Virus record (IMG/VR): IMGVR_UViG_3300026516_000001
Length of the DNA stretch: 64,000 nucleotides
Source: a virus
Strand: one strand, 5' to 3'
Below, one piece after another: positions 21,301 to 28,844 of the stretch; the first letter of the stretch is position 1; every line of letters starts with the position of its first letter. A program made the translations under genes and the position numbers. The notes beneath the pieces were generated by a model. It did not search any database, was not told the DNA's origin, and was given only the letters and a program-made list of their open reading frames with translations.

Positions 21301-24300
21301 TTCGTCTCCGGGTCGAAGAATGCGCGCGGGGAATCGCCCTCGGACAGCGCTGCGGCGGCACCTTCCTCATCAGTGCCAAGCAGCTTTGCCACGCGCTCGA
21401 TGTCGATACCGCCCGTCTCGGACAGCACCACAGCCACCGCCTCGCCGGCGCTGGTCACGCGCTCAACCGGCTTGGGAGGAACGGTCACGCGGCGCGACAA
21501 GATGGCGGCGCGACTGGTCGTGCCGTCCTTGGCTACGTCTTCAACGGCCAGCGCAAGCGCGCCGTCCGGCATGGACATTGCAATCTTGACGGTGCTGGCC
21601 TTGTGCAGCGCTCCGTGCTTCTTCGTGAAGGCGTCGTAGGCCGCATTCAGGCGCTTGCGCTGATCCTCGATCATCGCACTCGGAGCGTCGCTGGACTCCA
21701 GCATCAACTGGCGCTTGATCGCATCGCGCACCGGAAGCATGTCAGCGATGACTGCGATGCGGTCGGCGCCCCACTGGTCGCGTGCGGGGATCTGGTCCAG
21801 GCTGTCGTAGGTGACAAGCGCCTTCTCGTTGAAGTTAGAGGGCGTGCCGTCGGCCTTGAGCTTCTTCAGAGGCTTGCCGTCAGCGCCTGTCACGTCCTCC
21901 TCACGCTGCCACTTTCCATCGGTGCGCAGCGTGTACGCCTCGCTGAACGGGGTCTGCGCCGTGAGCTCGATCTCGTTCAGGATGGTTTTGCGGCTCTGCG
22001 CGAGGTCGTCCATTTCGACGACAACCTTCAGCGCGCCCTCCGGCGTGCGGCGGACCGCGCCCGGCTCTGCGCGCGCCACCGCAAGACGCATCCCGGTTGC
22101 CATCTGCTCAAACTGCGCCATGGTGCGCTGTGCCACGCCGTCGACGGGCTCGCGCTGCGGAAGTCGCTCGATGGCTTGATCCAGGCGCTGCGCAAAGGTG
22201 CTCGGGTCGTCTAGGCGAACGTTGAGGTCGACGCGGGCGTTCATCGTGCCCGAAGCGTCCATCGTGCCGACTACCTGCTTCGGGTTGTTCAGGAAGTACG
22301 GGTTGACGCTGACGGTTTCGCCGCTGCCGGCGAAGTTCTCTTGCCTGCTCGACGGCACCCAGCGGCTCATTTCCGCGACGATGGCTTCGATCGTGGCGAC
22401 CTCGGCGGGCGAAAAGTCCTTGAGGATGGCGGCTCGCTTGCCCTCCCCCTCACGCAAGACGCGCGCCGCTGCAACGGCATGGTTCATTTCAAGGATGCCG
22501 CGCTTGCGGAAGAACAGGATGTCCGTCACAACCTCGGTGCGGGCGTTCTCCTTGAATGCGGTGTCGGGCAGGCGCACGGCACCAACGAGCTCGGCGCGCA
22601 CGGCCATGTCCATGCGGCTGGCCTGATCCTGCGCGTCCATCAGGTTGTGCGAGACGACCATGCCCATCAGGCCATCCGCCTCGAGCGACTGGATCGACTG
22701 CAGGAAGAACTGATTGTGAATGCTCTTTCCGTTGAGCGCCGGGTTGTGGCGGAAGTACAGCGACTCCTTGCCGAACGGCGGGTTGCCGATCGCCAGCGCG
22801 AACTTGTTGTCCGGCAGCGGAACGTCTTGGAACCCGCTGTGGAGAATCGACTGGTTCGGGTAAAGCTGCTGGGCAATGCGCGCGGTGAGGCTGTCGTACT
22901 CGACCGCCAGGGTGCGAGTGTTGCCGCGAAGGTTGGCAGGCATCAGGCCCAGGAAGTTGCCTGTTCCGACCGAAGGTTCGAGCACCGCGCCGCCACGGAA
23001 GCCCAGGCGCTCGACGCCCTTCCACACGGCTTCCACAACGGTCTGACTGGTGTAGTGCGCTGCCGTGGTCGAGTTGCGCGCGGCGCGCAGTTCGGCCGGC
23101 GTCAGCAGCGACTCAAGTTCGGCGACGCGGGCCTCCCAGCCCTTTGCGACGCCTGCACCATCTTTCGCGCCAGCCACGCGGAAAGCGTTTTTCAGTCCGC
23201 CCCAGCCGACGTAGCGCGCGAGGGTGCGCTGCTCTTCAGGCGTTGCACGGCGGTTTTCCTGCTCGATCTTCTTGAGCGTGCGGATCGCGTTGAGGTTGTC
23301 CGCAAACTTGACCGACTCCGTACCCTTCCCGAGTTCGACCTCGTCGGTGATTGTGAAGTCGACCGCAGGAATGTTGATCGGCGAAGCCTGCCGGATCTCT
23401 TCGGCGGCCTCCTCCTTCAACTCCTGCCGCGTCGGCGCAGTCGTGCGCTTGGACGCTACTCGTCGTCCTCTTCCTCTTCCTCCGGTTCCGGATTCAGCAG
23501 AATCAGATCCGGCAGTACCATTTCCTCGGCCTCGTGCTGCTGCATTCCCGCCAGCATCAGCGTTGCGACCTGTCGCGCCGCTTCCTTGCTCGCCATCTGT
23601 GCCTCGTGGTTGAGCGTCCCCGCTTCGCGCAGCTCCGCGGTCATCTTCGGAAGCCACTTCTCCCAGTGGCGTAGCGCCATCCCCGTATATTGCAGACCCA
23701 GCATCGGCGTTTTCCTCCTTTTCCAATTGAACCTTGCCGTCGCGCACGTCCTTTACGAACTGCGTGACGTAGGGCTTCATGTTCTTCGCGGCGTCGGCGC
23801 CGAAGCGTTCGACCACCATGTTCACGACCTCGCGCATCACATCGCGCAGATCCTTGCTGGCAGCGCGAATGTTGGCCGCGGCGGAAATGAAGAGTGGTTT
23901 TGCCTTGGCGTAGGTCTCTTCATCGAAGGTTAGACCGGAACTGAGTCGGCCGCTACCGCCGAAGAGCTTGCCGAGCCCGTTGATGGCATCGTCCAGCGCG
24001 CTCGCGGCGTTCTTCGCTGCGCTCTTCAGCGCCTTTCCGGCGGTGCGCTGCGCGGCGGGGGCGAAGGCGCGAATCGCGTCGGCGGTGTCCGCAAAGCCAG
24101 CTTCTTCCAGCTTCGCCAGCGCGTCCTGGTCGCCGTTGCGCGCGGCCGGCACCCACTTGTCTTCGGCGTCGAAAATCGACTGGCGCATGGTGCGCAGCCG
24201 GGCTTCGGCTGCCTTCAGCTTGAGCGGATCACCGCCGCTCAGTCGCCGCACGCGCTTTTTCTGCGCGCGTAGCTCGTCCTCCAGGCTCTCGGCCATCGCC

Positions 24301-27300
24301 TCCTGGTTCGCCGGCTGCGGCTCGGGTGTCACCGCAGTTTCGGCGGGAGTCCCCGCAATTGCGGGCGGAGAGGAATCAGCCGCCGGCTGGTCGCCCACAA
24401 CCTCGGCGAGCACGTCGTCAAACATCGCATCGATGTCTTCGTCGGTCGCGGCCTCGGGCGCGGCCGGCGGCTTCGCATCGGCCTTGGCCTCATAGGCGCG
24501 CATCTCGGCGTCGAGTTCGTCGTTCTTGCCTTCGGCGAGGACTTCACGAACAGCCGGACGCAACTTGGCGCGGTTCTCCGGGCTGATATTTCTCCAGTAG
24601 ACGGACGAAGGCAGCTTGACGCCGACCATGCCCATCGCTTGCAGGCGCCCGCTCGGCGTCAGGTCTTTCCATGCCTGCTCACCGTCCATGGCCTCCTGAA
24701 GCTCTGCGCCGACCTCTTCCGTCGTCGGCGGCGTGTCGCGATTTCCATCGAGGAAGTCCTGAATGAGCTTGCTTTCGGACTTCGGCAGCAAGGACGTGTC
24801 CGGCTTGGTGCCCTTGGCAGGCGTGAGCGCGGCCTCGGCGGGCTTAGTGTCCGCGGAAATGTCCGCTAGCACGGCATCAGCCTCGCCCGCCAAGTCCGGC
24901 CGCTTGCGCTTGATGTAATCGGCCATCTCAGCCGCGTCGATGTTGCCTTGCGTCAGCACGCGCTCAACATCAACCTTGCGGAGCTTTTCAATGGAATCCG
25001 CTGCGAAAAGAATGCGCTTTTCCAGATCGGAATCTTTCGCTTTTGGTTGCGCCTGACCGGCAGCGGGCTTGTTCAGCGCCGCACGTACCGCCCCGTCCAG
25101 CCGCGCCCAAGAGATTCCAGCAAGCACGCGCGACTGGTCAGCGTCCGTATACCCGGCCTTTGCAAGCATGATTCTGCGCCGCACCGGCTTTGCTGCGTCC
25201 CACTCGGGCTGCATTGACGGCCCTTCGCCGCCCGTCTTACCCTCATCAGTGAGGGCGACATCGCTGGGCGCCTTGGCAGGCGCGGCCTCTACGGCAACAA
25301 GCCCGCCGACGCTCGCCAGCTCGGCGCTGCTGCGGGTCTTCCCGTTCTGGAACCAATCGCCTCGGCCGGTCCATTCATCCGGGCCGGTCTTCTCCCAATA
25401 GATGCCCTTCTCCGGCGCATGCTCGGACGGACGCAGGCGCGAGCCGACTGGCATCGCTTGAGCCTTGGCGCCCTCTTCCGCCGCGCGATCGTCCATCGTC
25501 TTCTGGATCTGGCGATTGCCTTCCATCAGGCTCGCGCGCGTGAGCTGCTTCAGCTCCGCGTCAATCCGGTCCATTTCGGGACGGATGGCCGCTTTCCCTG
25601 CCTCGTTGGCGTTCTTGTACTGCTGCGCAAGCGCGTTCCATCGCCCCGTCAGGACGGAAGATCGGTCGCGATCTTCGGGCGATGCTTTCTGGGCCTGAAG
25701 CGCCGCGGCAATCTCCTGCTGTGTTGCGCCGGCAGCGATCGCCTTCTCGTAGTTTGCCAGCAGCGCCTTGCCGTCCTTGCTGGTGTTCGGGTCGCCATGG
25801 AAGGTCACGCCACCATTGGGAGCGACCGCAAGCTGAACGCCACTGCTGCCATTCAGGCGACTCTTGTCGACCGTGGCATTGATCCACTTCGCCTTTTCGC
25901 CTTCCTGTCCGCCCGTGGTAACGCCATTTGCGCGGCCTTTGATCTGCGCAAGGCGGTCAATAGCCGCGTTCAAAGCATCTTCATTTGCGCTGTATTCAGG
26001 GTTTGAGACCGTTCCGCGCTCCATGACTCGCTCTGCTTCAGCGCGAGTCCGGTAGCCGCCGCCGTATGTCTGCCCATTGGCGAGCACGACGCGCCACAAG
26101 CTATCTTCAAAACCGCCGGGCAAAGATCCGCCGCCCTTCTGAATACGTGCGCCAGCGATAGGAATGCCTTTCGGAGTGGCGGCAAATCTTGCCCTCAGCT
26201 CTCGGACAAGCTCTTGCGCCTGATTTTCTCCATCCGCCTCGCCTTCCTGTCCGCTCGCTTCTTGCGCTTGCGGAGCCACTTGTTGAGTCGGGGGGACATT
26301 GGGCGTCAGTTCTCCCTGGTTGGTCTGGCGCAGTTGCTCCTTTAGTCGGGTGCGCTGCGCCTTGAGTGTGACGGGAACCTTGCGGCTCTTCATCGCGGCT
26401 TCGATGTCGCCACCGCCTGCGCCCATTGCGCCCGGCGCGGCGGCGAGAATCTTGTCCTCGACTTCGCGCAACTGGCGGCGGACTTCTGCGGACGGATCAG
26501 CAGCGGCTGATTGCTCGGGCGCCGCGGGCGTCTGAGCCGGCTGCGCTACAAGATAGATCGGGTCGGTGCGGTCGTTCTCTCCAGAAGAGGGAACGCTCTG
26601 GTTCGTCCAGAAGCGAACGGTCGTGTCTGCGCTGACCTGCGGCTTTCCATCCACGATCGGATGTGCGATCACAAGGTCGTTGCGCTGGTAATGGACGCGG
26701 TACTGATTGCCGTCTGCATCGACAACCGTTTCGCCGTCGTTAATGGGGCGGTCGCGGGTTACGCGGCTGTCGGCCTTTTGAGCGACTTCCTGTCCGCTGA
26801 CCGCGGGCGCCTGAGTCGGCTGCACGCCCTGCCCGCGCTTCTGCAACTCCTTCTGGAGCTTCGCGGTGCGCTTGTGCGCGGGACCGTAGTGGGCAATGGC
26901 CTGCTGAAGCTCACCGTCGGTCATGTCCGGGATCTGCTTGGCGAGCATATCCTTGATGTCGGCGACGGGCGCGGCCTCGGCCTGGGGCGCTGCCATCGTT
27001 GGCGCGGCCGGCTGCTTGCGCGCTTCGCGTGCGGCGCGCCTCGCTGCGGACTGCTCGGTGAACTGCTTTGCGCGCTCCTTCATGCCATCGACGCGATTGC
27101 CAAGGGCTTGCGACGCGATGCTGGACCTGACGGCACCTTCAATCCAGTTCTGCGCGGTCTGCGTCCAGTCGCTTCCAACCTCCTGATTCAGGCGTCGCGC
27201 ATCGGCGAGCATGTCATGCAGGCGCACGACCTCCGACTCGGGGAGCGCTGCAATCTCTTCGGCCGGGACATTGCTGCCGACTTGCTTGGCAAACTCCTGA

Positions 27301-28841
27301 ATTGCAGCGAGCTTCTGTGCGGCAGGCTGGCCGCCGGCCGGCTGGATTGCCGGCGCGGGCGCGACCGCTTCGGCGGCGGGCTGCTCGGCTGCCGGCTCGA
27401 CCTTGGCGAGCTCGGCTTGCAGGCGGTCGCGCTCTTCGATCGTGCGCCGATCCCATCCGCCATTCACGCGGGCCTGCTGCTCGATGAAGCCCAGGCGCTC
27501 GCGCATCTGCTCGGGCGTGTCGGTCGCCTGCTTCTGCTCGGTGACTCGCGCGCCAGTCTCCAGGATCTCGCCGGTTTCGGGGTCGACGGCCTGCGCCGCC
27601 TGCTGCATCGTCGCCGATGCGCCGGTATCCACCGCGAGTGCAGCAGCGGCCGACATTGGGCCGGCTGCCGGGTCAAGGCCCATCTGCTGCGACGGGGTCG
27701 GCGCGGCGGGCGCGAGCGCGCGATCGTTGATGATCGGCGCGGGCGCGGGGGGGAAGATGCCGGCACGGCCCAGCGCGGATTCGTCAATAACCGGGCGCTC
27801 GGAAGTCTGCGCGAAGCCTTGCGGCGGCACCGCGGGCGGCTCGTTGCCGGCGGCCGGCGGCGGCAGTCCGCCATCTTGCGGCTCGGGGCGCGTCATGCCG
27901 CTGTAGAGCGACGCACCACCACCCATCGCCATGCCGGCCAGCGTGCCCATCACGGCCGCGTCTTCGACGCCCTCGCTCCACTGCTTGCCAAGAGCGAGGT
28001 TCTGGATGATCTGCTCGGAGATCGACTGCGGCAGCTCTTCGAGGAAGCCCTCGGAGATTGCGCCTTCGACCACTTGGCGCGGGATGCTCTTGGCCGGCAG
28101 CGCAGCGATCTCGCTGGCGACCTGCTGCGGGTTCGCGCCGCGGGCGAGCATGGTGTCGACGTCGCCCAGGCCAAAGCGCTGCGCTACGCGCCCACCCAGG
28201 TAGCCGAAGAGCGTACCAGCAAGGCCAGTCGCCACCGCAGCGCCGGCCTGCGTGGGCGTCAGCAGCCCGTCGTCGGTTTCCTGGCGGATCGCCGATGCCT
28301 GCGAGCCCGCCATCATCGTGCCTTCGCCGATCGCGCCGGCTGCGGCTGCGCCCTTGGCGCCCGTCTGGCCAAGTCGCGTGCCAGCCATCAGTCCGCGCGC
28401 CGCGACGCCGCCGGCAAGCATGGGGGCGACCGACTCGGTGACGGTGTTTGCAATCAGGGATGGGTTCTTGATGGCGACTGCCGTCTTGTCCAGGATGCCG
28501 TCGGCCTCCTGGAACTGGCGCTGCTGATCCTTGTACTGGTCCGTGTGGAACTCGCTGACGAACTCCTTGGCCTGCTTCGGCCGGAAGCCGACGGCACCGC
28601 CTTCGTTCTCAAGGAACTTGCCGACACGGCCGCCAGTGGGGATGTCGGCAAGGCCGACGACGGTTTCAGGAACGGCGATCGCCGACTTGACCGCGGAGAG
28701 GCCCAGGTCGCGGGCGTGACCCAGGAATCCCTTGGGCTCAGGGGGCGGCTTGATCTCGCCTTGCTCCCAATCCGTATCCGCCGTCGCGCCTTCAGGCTGC
28801 TTGATCTCGCCGCTTTCCCAATCAATTTCTGCCATTGCCAA
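12360..28841 (-). CDS. Giant (5493 aa) DarB-like polyvalent virion protein: adenine methyltransferase, SNF2 helicase, two HExxH peptidase-like domains, ART-like domain, PLxRFG domain
   Basis: VLEPSVGTGNF and IGNPPF (~22.8-23.0 kb); HAVGAGKT, DEGH, QREGRIVRQGN; HEMMH and HELVH; FRRWFGDSKVVD..VVYHGT..QIKSAVGNNGDF; YAPLSRFG. Confidence 0.92.
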   Translation of the reverse strand: MAMAEIDWESGEIKQPEGATADTDWEQGEIKPPPEPKGFLGHARDLGLSAVKSAIAVPETVVGLADIPTGGRVGKFLENEGGAVGFRPKQAKEFVSEFHTDQYKDQQRQFQEADGILDKTAVAIKNPSLIANTVTESVAPMLAGGVAARGLMAGTRLGQTGAKGAAAAGAIGEGTMMAGSQASAIRQETDDGLLTPTQAGAAVATGLAGTLFGYLGGRVAQRFGLGDVDTMLARGANPQQVASEIAALPAKSIPRQVVEGAISEGFLEELPQSISEQIIQNLALGKQWSEGVEDAAVMGTLAGMAMGGGASLYSGMTRPEPQDGGLPPPAAGNEPPAVPPQGFAQTSERPVIDESALGRAGIFPPAPAPIINDRALAPAAPTPSQQMGLDPAAGPMSAAAALAVDTGASATMQQAAQAVDPETGEILETGARVTEQKQATDTPEQMRERLGFIEQQARVNGGWDRRTIEERDRLQAELAKVEPAAEQPAAEAVAPAPAIQPAGGQPAAQKLAAIQEFAKQVGSNVPAEEIAALPESEVVRLHDMLADARRLNQEVGSDWTQTAQNWIEGAVRSSIASQALGNRVDGMKERAKQFTEQSAARRAAREARKQPAAPTMAAPQAEAAPVADIKDMLAKQIPDMTDGELQQAIAHYGPAHKRTAKLQKELQKRGQGVQPTQAPAVSGQEVAQKADSRVTRDRPINDGETVVDADGNQYRVHYQRNDLVIAHPIVDGKPQVSADTTVRFWTNQSVPSSGENDRTDPIYLVAQPAQTPAAPEQSAAADPSAEVRRQLREVEDKILAAAPGAMGAGGGDIEAAMKSRKVPVTLKAQRTRLKEQLRQTNQGELTPNVPPTQQVAPQAQEASGQEGEADGENQAQELVRELRARFAATPKGIPIAGARIQKGGGSLPGGFEDSLWRVVLANGQTYGGGYRTRAEAERVMERGTVSNPEYSANEDALNAAIDRLAQIKGRANGVTTGGQEGEKAKWINATVDKSRLNGSSGVQLAVAPNGGVTFHGDPNTSKDGKALLANYEKAIAAGATQQEIAAALQAQKASPEDRDRSSVLTGRWNALAQQYKNANEAGKAAIRPEMDRIDAELKQLTRASLMEGNRQIQKTMDDRAAEEGAKAQAMPVGSRLRPSEHAPEKGIYWEKTGPDEWTGRGDWFQNGKTRSSAELASVGGLVAVEAAPAKAPSDVALTDEGKTGGEGPSMQPEWDAAKPVRRRIMLAKAGYTDADQSRVLAGISWARLDGAVRAALNKPAAGQAQPKAKDSDLEKRILFAADSIEKLRKVDVERVLTQGNIDAAEMADYIKRKRPDLAGEADAVLADISADTKPAEAALTPAKGTKPDTSLLPKSESKLIQDFLDGNRDTPPTTEEVGAELQEAMDGEQAWKDLTPSGRLQAMGMVGVKLPSSVYWRNISPENRAKLRPAVREVLAEGKNDELDAEMRAYEAKADAKPPAAPEAATDEDIDAMFDDVLAEVVGDQPAADSSPPAIAGTPAETAVTPEPQPANQEAMAESLEDELRAQKKRVRRLSGGDPLKLKAAEARLRTMRQSIFDAEDKWVPAARNGDQDALAKLEEAGFADTADAIRAFAPAAQRTAGKALKSAAKNAASALDDAINGLGKLFGGSGRLSSGLTFDEETYAKAKPLFISAAANIRAASKDLRDVMREVVNMVVERFGADAAKNMKPYVTQFVKDVRDGKVQLEKEENADAGSAIYGDGATPLGEVASEDDRGAARSGDAQPRGTDGEQGSGATGRNADAGGNAAARGRGNGTAGSDSAESGTGGRGRGRRVASKRTTAPTRQELKEEAAEEIRQASPINIPAVDFTITDEVELGKGTESVKFADNLNAIRTLKKIEQENRRATPEEQRTLARYVGWGGLKNAFRVAGAKDGAGVAKGWEARVAELESLLTPAELRAARNSTTAAHYTSQTVVEAVWKGVERLGFRGGAVLEPSVGTGNFLGLMPANLRGNTRTLAVEYDSLTARIAQQLYPNQSILHSGFQDVPLPDNKFALAIGNPPFGKESLYFRHNPALNGKSIHNQFFLQSIQSLEADGLMGMVVSHNLMDAQDQASRMDMAVRAELVGAVRLPDTAFKENARTEVVTDILFFRKRGILEMNHAVAAARVLREGEGKRAAILKDFSPAEVATIEAIVAEMSRWVPSSRQENFAGSGETVSVNPYFLNNPKQVVGTMDASGTMNARVDLNVRLDDPSTFAQRLDQAIERLPQREPVDGVAQRTMAQFEQMATGMRLAVARAEPGAVRRTPEGALKVVVEMDDLAQSRKTILNEIELTAQTPFSEAYTLRTDGKWQREEDVTGADGKPLKKLKADGTPSNFNEKALVTYDSLDQIPARDQWGADRIAVIADMLPVRDAIKRQLMLESSDAPSAMIEDQRKRLNAAYDAFTKKHGALHKASTVKIAMSMPDGALALAVEDVAKDGTTSRAAILSRRVTVPPKPVERVTSAGEAVAVVLSETGGIDIERVAKLLGTDEEGAAAALSEGDSPRAFFDPETNSLEPADGYLSGLVRRKLMAAKSAGLEKNVAALERVQPETWDATQITPNIGSAWIPADVYADFMKHLGYSRSVVTYSPVTNTFSVVTTGSAKAEWVASERALGTSEIVERTLNSKPVKVAHKDSDGKTWVDEEATLESQMKATEIANEFLDWAFADDARRDRLVEVFNEKFNTRVVRQRDGSFLTLPGKVPDEVIKMRPWQLNAIWRGITDSAVLYDHAVGAGKTFTAIARAMERRRMGLSKKPMIVVPNHLVEQWAADVKKLYPGANVLAAGKEDFEKSRRRRLFARIGAGDYDMVIVGHSSFGFIDIDPVTEERYLDEELRIAYEAVSEAEKAAEEAGFSGWGKPMGVAEAERLVKKLEDRLAKVRDRKRDRLLTFEEMGVDDLTIDEGHEFKNLAYSSNLQGAAGMGNKAGSGKAMDLNLKLRSLRERPGTSVAFLTGTPISNSVAEMYLVLKNLAPKELAELGMENFDAWRTTFVSASSAYEPTESGSLKEVTRLGREWMNMKSLMDLYYTIADAVTLQDMKDDFARANPGKSFPVPKVRSQIEGKGDRAMVAIKPSESQRAILREIVAGFDSLPGIENRKERNAERLRLMDRARKVSLDARAVSPWAKVPDGEGKIGAVVANVFATYEKWDADRGTQLIFLDRSVPKAKGDDKIIAAYDKLVADLEKATNKGDEKEIGAITEKLEKYSASEIAELREAQNGGWNAYAEIKRQLVAKGIPANEIRFVQEANTDKQKADLFALVKSGEVRVLIGSTPRMGAGTNVQDRLVALHHVDVTWKPSDIEQREGRIVRQGNALLEKYGDEFAVDVIAYATEMTVDAKMWSLNATKLKAINGIRKYDGSFMMEFDDEESASMAEMAALATGNPLMVERVMLDGDIKKLEMAQRTFNRRMSGIRSQIASAERTIKVGPQWAQTLRDFSQDMERKLAGVNERSSARRVTINGKEYARSDAAELAAAASIEEQQAKTESGKGRYVVEVNGEKATSKDRISALIHESMGDPGFEAEINGEKVIDLSSAVRAIIERRGSGREYTIDGITINGMSVEIDVAPSRWRPDTNSVATVAVLDKDGKPVLVREHSYESPVFSGSSLRAALQKVLGQFDPAYSRADAASQERAVARAERELPDLKAQAEKTFPQLEELNQKRSRLQEVVAALKASSDLARINVESDAEGDVESDVSGAIGQINPLRNADGTFARQDPADDSMAFSATLPRDRNAVRIGITEKGLVRAMRIQFDGLADVTSKLLERGRAGKRGGVIVVGTADNAEIGRIVAERTGRKLDSTMRKFSSAGRLNGFYDPKTGLTFLVGPNLNPVTATAVMLHEMMHGQQRQKIDARALEMVRNRHSLKDEDLRAFLDRVMLRMIKAGEVGNAAEASAYIVEQAVIEGRSAGYTFADNAFMQWVDAKIGKRVGDFLRSFAGMIRTWMLRNGLGAKTMTVDDFVGYAMAGLDRAAGGEVRGRANAQASIGSRAPQSEAFRRWFGDSKVVDERGQPLVVYHGTQGDFSVFDASRLGETTSARSAKNGFFFASNPAVANTYAFLDRENIRRANEIKLLIKENIEAGLVLRSKDKEKALDAIEDKDGFRRNLLARREEIERRISELKKEQQDADKKDLNEWDSLAEDSDRESKFLATRIDGSVVYPVYLSIQNPLYHEFSGGTYRDETYASLVERAIKNGNDGVVLRNTTDSATGHAHLSPTTDIFIVFRPSQIKSAVGNNGDFDPDNDDILFSRSVGDVPAQEAQRVQSAIEGKTLIEAAQFLTRSKDGAKAAVAQKVMEKLRRLEKAGVALDLKIVHRGDMAPASMANSRGYTETGFDEKGRDIVVWLNGADMTGRVGTEEEVLLHELVHAATAGMVFYGTQNPNSLAGKHARDLMAVTDAIAEHIRKRFDAADAGKATLTAFEQDMRGGANNAFRSDDEVLAWALSSGEAQAYLETIPYRSGSMWSNFVQAVRNLLGLGARNDTALSEVLRVAERILTDDAPNAGRAAFWHKRNIRMAQQQARGSIAQTAERGADDLQFSRSGLRELASRATTELNNTLTAPGKLSWWHKTIGTMYNLAERSPAFRPVFQAAQGFIDDVSHYATDAAERAPKLLPRLDTWRDIMKSPISAEDNAAVGKPIFEGTLSWTRDADGRPVRVDALIDAASGLSIEEMAAELVSRGAIEERTLRMWRGMPDAQFESAIRTRYENSFLQPGIVWTDDELVSLFSLTPAQIELYREFRAAVDRSLDTMARADMLRFAGEDVRFLRDPVMEAETLREAASLIVMNLSEQANAQPDRAEQLMATGQGVMDRMQKVLKLQANGYAPLSRFGKYTVDVVVDGNREYFGLFETAREANKMAERMRAEFGAGTVTQGTLSDEAFRLFAGITPESLELFGNMLGLDSTGDEAQDRAFQEYLRLTKTNRSALRRLIHRKGIAGFSEDVGRVLASFAYSNARQTAAGLHMGDLSQAVSDIPKEQGELKDVAVKLSEYIKNPQEEAQAIRGLLFAQYLGGSVASAFVNMTQPAAVTFPWLSQHGGAKMAAAEIGKAAKHIATRGHRYESDLAEALKAAEEDGVVSPQEVHQLMAQARGSGSLTAGDGTRAGNARALASNSITRLSAAWGKLFSAAEQLNRRITFIAAYRVAKQKRMEDPAAFARRAVQETQFVYSKASKMQWGRGAVGGTLMTFKTYSVAYMELMSRLWSQGAPGSAERKAGRKAVALMLAMVLLMGGGGGLPFMEDAEDLIDGIAQIAGYNFSTKKARQQFLIDTFGADAADFIERGVSGLPGVPLDVSGRLGLGNLIPGTGIFLDRSNHTRDVLELLGPVGDLGNRIVTGARKALSGDLGGAALEVSPVAVRNVAKGVDMAVMGQYRDTRGRKVLETTDLEAALKATGFQPASVAKVQDANYLNQRAKDFYSLSADRISAAWAAGIYEKDSGKVQEARDMIAQWNEDNPDQPMMIRMPNILRRVREMGKDKAQRIADTAPRAMRQQLREELMRQ
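23456..23704 (-). CDS. Nested 82-aa gene in the +1 frame of the giant gene; TnpV-like resemblance
   Basis: AAGGAGG 9 nt before ATG; GC-ending codons in the nested frame; host frame is a low-complexity linker here. Confidence 0.7.
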   Translation of the reverse strand: MLGLQYTGMALRHWEKWLPKMTAELREAGTLNHEAQMASKEAARQVATLMLAGMQQHEAEEMVLPDLILLNPEPEEEEEDDE

Positions 28842-28844
28842 TCC

